Origin: Bacteroidales bacterium
GTDB lineage: Bacteria > Bacteroidota > Bacteroidia > Bacteroidales > P3
Length of the DNA: 64,000 nucleotides
Assembly (NCBI GenBank): GCA_031272705.1
Contig: JAISTG010000076.1
Span: forward strand, 19,204-83,203
Direction of reading: 5' to 3'
Within the stretch, counting starts at the first letter, position 1, and each line of letters opens with the position of its first letter. The notes under the pieces were generated by a model that saw only the letters and a list, made by a program, of their open reading frames with translations, had not been told where the DNA came from and did not search any database. A program made the translations under genes and the position numbers. Positions 58,562 to 64,000 of this stretch are shown one piece after another.

Positions 58562-58957
58562 TTATTGCAGATTTTTTGCTATGTCGGCGGCTATTGTTTT
58601 GAACTCTTCGTTTGTCAGTTCTTTTTTAGGACGTTTGAAATCCAAGTCTCCAACCTCCCTTAATGGCACAAGATGAATGTGAGCGTGCGGTACTTCCAAG
58701 CCAATGACCGCAACGCCAATTTTTTCACAGGGTATAGTCTTCTTAATAGCCTTTGCGATGCGTTTAGAGAAGAGTTGCAACTCCGTAAATAATCTATCAT
58801 CAAGGTCAAATATGTAATCCACTTCCTGTTTTGGCACTACAAGCGTATGCCCCTTTTCAAGCGGAGATATATCAAGGAATGCGTAGCAATAATCGTTCTC
58901 TGCCACTTTGTATGATGGGATTTCTCCATTGATAATTTTTGTAAAAACAGTTGCCAT
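58562..58957 (-). CDS. HIT family protein
   Basis: 131 aa with histidine-triad motif VPHAHIHLVP. Confidence 0.9.
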   Translation of the reverse strand: MATVFTKIINGEIPSYKVAENDYCYAFLDISPLEKGHTLVVPKQEVDYIFDLDDRLFTELQLFSKRIAKAIKKTIPCEKIGVAVIGLEVPHAHIHLVPLREVGDLDFKRPKKELTNEEFKTIAADIAKNLQ

Positions 58958-59431
58958 TTAACGTGATATTTTAATAATTTTTAATTTCATAACGCCCACA
59001 GGGGCTTCAATTTCGGCAATATCCCCTACCCTTTTTCCCAATAAGCCTTTGGCAATCGGTGATGTAACGGATATTTTACCTGTTTTGAGGTTTGCCTCGC
59101 TTTCCGGCACAATTTCATAGGTCATTTTCTTATTCATAGCCATATTTTCAAACTCCACCTTTGAGAGAAGCAGGACTTTTGATGTATCCAACTTGCTTTC
59201 ATCCAATAATCTTGCATTAGCAATCAAGCCTTGCAGGTTTGCAATACGTGCTTCCAATAATCCCTGAGCCTCTTTTGCAGCATCGTATTCGGCGTTTTCC
59301 GACAAATCTCCCTTATCTCTTGCTTCCGCAATAGCCGCCGATATTGCCGGACGCTCAACAGTAGTTAATTGTTTTAGTTCTTCTTTTAATTTCTGTAATC
59401 CTTCTTCGGAATAATATTTTATTTCTGTCAT
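58958..59431 (-). CDS. greA: transcription elongation factor GreA
   Basis: 157 aa. Coiled-coil N-domain with DLSENAEYDAAKE and a C-terminal ISVTSPIAKGLLGKRVGD. Confidence 0.93.
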   Translation of the reverse strand: MTEIKYYSEEGLQKLKEELKQLTTVERPAISAAIAEARDKGDLSENAEYDAAKEAQGLLEARIANLQGLIANARLLDESKLDTSKVLLLSKVEFENMAMNKKMTYEIVPESEANLKTGKISVTSPIAKGLLGKRVGDIAEIEAPVGVMKLKIIKISR

Positions 59432-59517
59432 AAATTTCTATTAAAGTTCATAAAAATGAACCGAAGACTTAATGAAAAGCCTTCGATTCTTTATTATTTT
59501 TTGTTTATTATTAAATC

Positions 59518-60612
59518 TTACAATGCAAAGGTAAGCCCTACAGAATGGATACCACCAAAAATTCTGGTATTACGGAAACCATAATCCACCGTAACGTAAC
59601 GTTCTTTTTTGCTGGTTTTACTCTTAATAGGCACACAAGCGGAAACACCTGCAGAAAATCCCGAAACCATGTTAGTTGTTCCGTCATCTCCTACACCAAC
59701 TCCATCAGGAAAAATTTCTTCCATTCCTTTTTCTTCATAGGTATATGCTGCACGTACCATCAAGTAATTCTTAAAACCATACTCTATTCCTAAAGTATAT
59801 TGGTCTTTTGAGAATGCCATTGACGCAAAGTTTCCTGCAAAAGTGACTCTGTGAGTTTGTTCTGCTAAAAGTAAATCATAAGATGCTCCAATGTTCAAAC
59901 TTGAAGGTAATTCAAATGAAGCAGAGCGCTGTTCAACAGTCTGTGAGTGATTTGAGCCTGTTGTTGTTCCCTGTATGGAAAGTCCGTCTCCTCCATAACT
60001 CATCGGTGGTCCCCAATTCTTTAAGGCGATACCGAATTTGTATTCGTAATTTTGCCCCGTTGCGTATTGAACACCCGCATCAATAGCCACACCCGTAGTA
60101 GTAACATTACTTGTTCCTCCTGTAATCAATTTTACCGATGCTCCTACGTAAATAGAACTGGAAAAACCTTTTGCATAAGAAACTGCAATAGTTGTAGTGC
60201 TTGCCGAATAAGTACCTACCATATTCGCTTCCGGACTGTTTTCCGTTGTAATTGGTATTGTACCATAATTCATTGAAGTAAGCGTCAAACTCAACACTCC
60301 ATAGTTACCAAGACTTTGTGCCAGACCTGCTGCAACATTATTAACAGAATTACTATAAAGTGAAGAATAAGAAAAATAACCTTCTGTTCCTTCATTTCTA
60401 CCAAGTCCTGCAACATTTGAGAACAAAGCATCTATACCTTTACCACAAGACGTATTAACATTACCCCAACCTGCACTGCGAACCCAAGGGTTAAGAAGTA
60501 GTTCCGGCGCACCTGCCGTTCCTCTTCTGTCATCATTTCCTGCATTTGCCATATCAGGCACTATCATAAGTCCTAACACGGTCAAAATAATTATTCTATA
60601 TATATTTTTCAT
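59518..60612 (-). CDS. PorV/PorQ-like outer-membrane beta-barrel protein (T9SS-associated family)
   Basis: 364 aa with a signal peptide. GTAGAPELLLNPWVRSAGWGN...DALFSNVAGLG matches the N-terminal signature pattern of PorV/PorQ-type barrels. C-terminal GIHSVGLTFAL. Confidence 0.45.
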   Translation of the reverse strand: MKNIYRIIILTVLGLMIVPDMANAGNDDRRGTAGAPELLLNPWVRSAGWGNVNTSCGKGIDALFSNVAGLGRNEGTEGYFSYSSLYSNSVNNVAAGLAQSLGNYGVLSLTLTSMNYGTIPITTENSPEANMVGTYSASTTTIAVSYAKGFSSSIYVGASVKLITGGTSNVTTTGVAIDAGVQYATGQNYEYKFGIALKNWGPPMSYGGDGLSIQGTTTGSNHSQTVEQRSASFELPSSLNIGASYDLLLAEQTHRVTFAGNFASMAFSKDQYTLGIEYGFKNYLMVRAAYTYEEKGMEEIFPDGVGVGDDGTTNMVSGFSAGVSACVPIKSKTSKKERYVTVDYGFRNTRIFGGIHSVGLTFAL

Positions 60613-60656
60613 ACTTCTCTATTTATTAAAAGTTATATACTCCATTTGTTTATTTA

Positions 60657-63600
60657 TTAGTTATTAGGAAATGAATTTAAATCCACAGGGCGTAATGCAC
60701 CAAACCATTTTATCAATCTCTCTCCTATACCATCTGCTTTAACATGTATCAGATACATACCACCGGATATAGGCAAACCTTTATGATTTTTCAAATCCCA
60801 TTCAACATAAGGCAAAATGCCGTTGGTTGTCATTGACGAAGGTCCTCTAAGTTTTCTAACAACTGTTCCATCAACAGTATATATTGTAATATACGCATTA
60901 ACAGGGACATTTGTTATCTTAACAAGATTTTGTATCTGGTCTAATTCATAAGTAGATGCTGCAAAGTAAGGATTTGGTACAACGGTTATCAAATCCAATG
61001 CGGATTCCGAAGTAGGTTGATGACCTGCAATAGTCGCAATGTCTGATGTTATTGAAAACATATACATTGGTCTGTTGTCATTTTGAGCAGGCGTTGCCAT
61101 ATCGTTACTACTTGTCCAATTTTTAATATATGGCTTGCGAACTCTTAATGATACGGTAGCATCACAAGGTATATTGGATTGAGAACTTTCTGCTGCCGAT
61201 ACTGTAGGACCTGCTTTGAAAGCGGTAGCCATTGGACAGCCAACCCACATAACAGAACCAAACAACTGATGACCTGCACAATAACCTGTTTCTTTTACAG
61301 TATTGGTTGAAGAAGGTGTCAAACCGGATAATTGACTTAACAAACCATAAGCCCACTGTCCTTCATCATAACGAGGAGGGGTAACCGTCATACTTCTCGT
61401 AAAGTCATACATCCAAGTACCATTCTGGTATCCATACAACGAATAAGGAGTTGTTCCCAACACATAAATGTAGTGCATACCACAGAATACATTTCCTTCC
61501 GTATTTGCAACCGTAGATGTTGGATTCCATTGCATATCTCTTCCATTATGTTGTCCGTACATGGAATTTTCTCCAAAGATAATATTTAAGCGTTCTCCTG
61601 TTTCCAAATTAACAGCATAACCAGGGAACCACCCCATGCCATTACCAGTACCGTCAGGAAGTCCATCCTTACCAACAGAAGCATGTCTTCTCAACTGGAA
61701 TTTCCTTGCATTACCTTCCGTAAGTTCGTAATTATTTCCCATCTCTATCACAGGACATCTTGTCCATTTGGATTTATCATTGGTGAATACTATATCAACG
61801 GAAGCCAAATTATTCAAATCGTTGGATATTAAACTTGGATTTTCTGTTATGTAGTGTTTGTATCTCATTGCTGTCGTATCCGCTATATCTGTCATCCAAT
61901 ATTCTGTAAATGCAGGATGCAATTCCATAAACGAAGCCATTCTATATGGAGCCCAACCGTCAGGAAGTCTTTCGGAAACAGACTGATTATCTATTGCCAT
62001 ATGTGTAGGTTGAGTTTCGGCTCCTGTTAAATAATCATAATCCTGTCCTATATAACTTGCATTATTCATTCCCCCGTTTGACTGATCATCTTCTCCTGTT
62101 GGGTCTTTACTGCCGGCACGAACCCAATTCAATATCTCTATTCCATCATCGTCCTGTATACCAGACAACCATGCTTTAGTTCTATCTGCAAAAGTTACAT
62201 TTGAAGCATCATATAACAAAGACCCCGATAAAAATTCTCCCCCTCTCATTCTTTTTGGTGCAGCACTTGTTGCCTTTAACAAATCTTGAGCAACAGGAGC
62301 AGGATTGGTCATACTGATTGAAATTCCTAATTCAGGTATTATTTGCTCATTTACATCAGACAAAGGTCTGTCTGACATAATATAAGGCTTACCTTCTATA
62401 AATGACCCATCTTCTTTCATTATAACCCAGTAACAAGTATCTGCTTTTATATTACCTGTTATGTCTATTTCCGGCGTCCAGTCTTTTGGAACTACTTTTA
62501 GAATAAAATTACCAGCCTTTACATTAAGAGGATCTACAATCTTGATATTTACAGGTCCATAGTTTTTCTCATATCCAAGCACAGGAAGGAAATTTGTTAC
62601 AGGTTCTTCTCCTTTTTTGCCCATCAAAGCATCCAAAGTAGTTTGCTGGAATTTCAATCCTGTTGCAACTCCTCCATTCCCATTACCTTCTATTCTAAAT
62701 ATCTCAGGCATTATACCATAAGAAGACTGAACAAGATTGCCTGATGCTTCCGTTTTATGAGGAATACCCATAACTGGTTCAATAGGATCTCCTGTTCCAA
62801 GTTTTCTACCCAACAAATACGGTTCTTTTTGACCGTCTATTGCAGAGGCATCTTCAGGATTAAACACCTTATATTGATTGTAAGCATAAGCAACCGCAAT
62901 ATAGTAGTACTTTTTATTATTTACTATTTTCTTGTCATTAGTCAAAGCAAATTTATCTTCTGTAATTCTAAATGTATGCTGAATGCCAACATTAGCAGCA
63001 TTATCCACCATAACTTGAGGTTTAAGAGTACCTATAGAATTGTCAAAAGTAAAATTAACAAGTTTTGTTATATTATTTTGAATATCACATTGTGCTACTA
63101 TCTGTGCTTTACTTGCATCATAAATTTCATCTACTTTAACATTTGCATCTTTTACCTGATAGATTTGATACCCTTCAAAATGATAATTTCTATCGTATTC
63201 TCTTATACTATCTCTATAAGTAATAGATTCTACTGTATCCGTATGTCCAGTAACCGGATTAGTAACCAAAAGTAGAGTAGTATCAACAGGAATTTGAGAA
63301 AATACATAATCTCTCGGAATCTTTATATCTAATTTATCATAAGACTCATTAACATTGTTACCCATTTCATTTGTTAGATAAAGTATCAATTCTCTATCCA
63401 ATTCCTGAATTGTAAGACTTGGAGCATCAGGACCAGTTAAAATATCAAAACAATTATCAAACAATGCCTGACATTTATCATCCACAACTCTCAATAATTC
63501 CACAGAAGCCATTGCTCCTCCCGTTTGGGCTTGTGCCCAAGGAATACCAACAGTAATGTAGTTTATTGCACCCGGTTTCAGAGTAAATGGACCTGCTGAC

Positions 63601-64000
63601 TGCATAAAACGTCTGTCGGCAGGAGTATTTGCACCGCCTGTACCTGGAGTTTCTTCTGTCCAATAAACACCTGCCGGAAATCCATAATTATATGGGTCTT
63701 TACCTTGAGTTCCCCAATTCCATATATCTGAATTACCCGGAAACATAAAATCACATTCAAGTTGAGTAGGGTTAGTTGTAGCACCATTGCCACCAAACTT
63801 CATTCTTGCTCCTGTTCTCCAAACACCTCTCAAATAATTATAATAGTCAGATGCTTTATTCGGTTCTCCATATATATTATCATTGCTATTAACATAATAC
63901 ACAAAACGTCTCATACCAAAACGTTCGTCATCAATGATACCATTACCAAAATTCACTCCATTGATAGCACAAGCATTGACAGCAGTATGAGCAGAATCCA
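60657..64000 (-). CDS. large secreted protein with C-terminal T9SS-type sorting domain; N-terminus outside window
   Basis: The reading frame stays open to the window edge. The C-terminal ~90 aa (VVPNPYFAAS...ITIYTVDGTVVRKL...WDLKNHKGLPISGGMYLIHVKADG) looks like a type A CTD/FlgD-Ig fold. The conserved segment ADRRFMQSAGPFTLKPG is of unknown function. Confidence 0.6.
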   Translation of the reverse strand, partial: DSAHTAVNACAINGVNFGNGIIDDERFGMRRFVYYVNSNDNIYGEPNKASDYYNYLRGVWRTGARMKFGGNGATTNPTQLECDFMFPGNSDIWNWGTQGKDPYNYGFPAGVYWTEETPGTGGANTPADRRFMQSAGPFTLKPGAINYITVGIPWAQAQTGGAMASVELLRVVDDKCQALFDNCFDILTGPDAPSLTIQELDRELILYLTNEMGNNVNESYDKLDIKIPRDYVFSQIPVDTTLLLVTNPVTGHTDTVESITYRDSIREYDRNYHFEGYQIYQVKDANVKVDEIYDASKAQIVAQCDIQNNITKLVNFTFDNSIGTLKPQVMVDNAANVGIQHTFRITEDKFALTNDKKIVNNKKYYYIAVAYAYNQYKVFNPEDASAIDGQKEPYLLGRKLGTGDPIEPVMGIPHKTEASGNLVQSSYGIMPEIFRIEGNGNGGVATGLKFQQTTLDALMGKKGEEPVTNFLPVLGYEKNYGPVNIKIVDPLNVKAGNFILKVVPKDWTPEIDITGNIKADTCYWVIMKEDGSFIEGKPYIMSDRPLSDVNEQIIPELGISISMTNPAPVAQDLLKATSAAPKRMRGGEFLSGSLLYDASNVTFADRTKAWLSGIQDDDGIEILNWVRAGSKDPTGEDDQSNGGMNNASYIGQDYDYLTGAETQPTHMAIDNQSVSERLPDGWAPYRMASFMELHPAFTEYWMTDIADTTAMRYKHYITENPSLISNDLNNLASVDIVFTNDKSKWTRCPVIEMGNNYELTEGNARKFQLRRHASVGKDGLPDGTGNGMGWFPGYAVNLETGERLNIIFGENSMYGQHNGRDMQWNPTSTVANTEGNVFCGMHYIYVLGTTPYSLYGYQNGTWMYDFTRSMTVTPPRYDEGQWAYGLLSQLSGLTPSSTNTVKETGYCAGHQLFGSVMWVGCPMATAFKAGPTVSAAESSQSNIPCDATVSLRVRKPYIKNWTSSNDMATPAQNDNRPMYMFSITSDIATIAGHQPTSESALDLITVVPNPYFAASTYELDQIQNLVKITNVPVNAYITIYTVDGTVVRKLRGPSSMTTNGILPYVEWDLKNHKGLPISGGMYLIHVKADGIGERLIKWFGALRPVDLNSFPNN

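Noticed and set aside
1-64000. Defence system, prophage, integrative element or secondary-metabolite cluster
   Set aside because: Every ORF over 100 aa is accounted for by housekeeping, envelope or small hypothetical genes. There are no integrase, nuclease/helicase/ATPase defence-type architectures, phage structural genes or biosynthetic enzymes. tRNA genes are in their conserved tuf context with no adjacent insertion.

Overview
This is a low-GC Bacteroidota (Bacteroidales-like) chromosomal segment. The phylum call rests on gene content and on about 19 TAnnTTTG -7 promoter boxes lying 20-55 nt upstream of start codons. Most of the window is core housekeeping. It includes rpsO-pnp, pheT, rlmN, a coaX/OMP/TPR/lptC cluster, iorA, panB, ppdK, ftsE, rocD and hydF. 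It also holds the conserved tRNA(Thr-Tyr-Gly-Thr)-tuf-tRNA(Trp)-secE-nusG-rplKAJL-rpoBC block, plus birA, greA and T9SS-linked envelope genes. I found no defence island, prophage, CRISPR array or intact mobile element, and no novel protein system that I can support. What stands out is non-coding. (1) Seven dispersed arrays hold 42 strictly 21-bp-phased AAT-CAA-ATT modules. One array carries terminal inverted repeats, one is a 72-bp near-perfect palindrome, and two abut gene remnants. (2) Thirteen AACCTAGGTT palindromes are phased at exactly 22 bp directly upstream of an MBOAT O-acyltransferase operon promoter. (3) A 21-bp tandem repeat of about 9.7 copies, plus twin hairpin elements, sits in the long leader of a hypothetical gene. 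(4) An approximately 86-bp segment plus promoter is duplicated 5.5 kb apart. I do not recognise any of these as a described repeat family, but I cannot search databases from here. There are also signs of gene decay: a methyltransferase remnant, an IS110-like stub, a doubly frameshifted gene and no iorB next to iorA. All protein calls come from reading motifs by eye, with no HMM or BLAST run.
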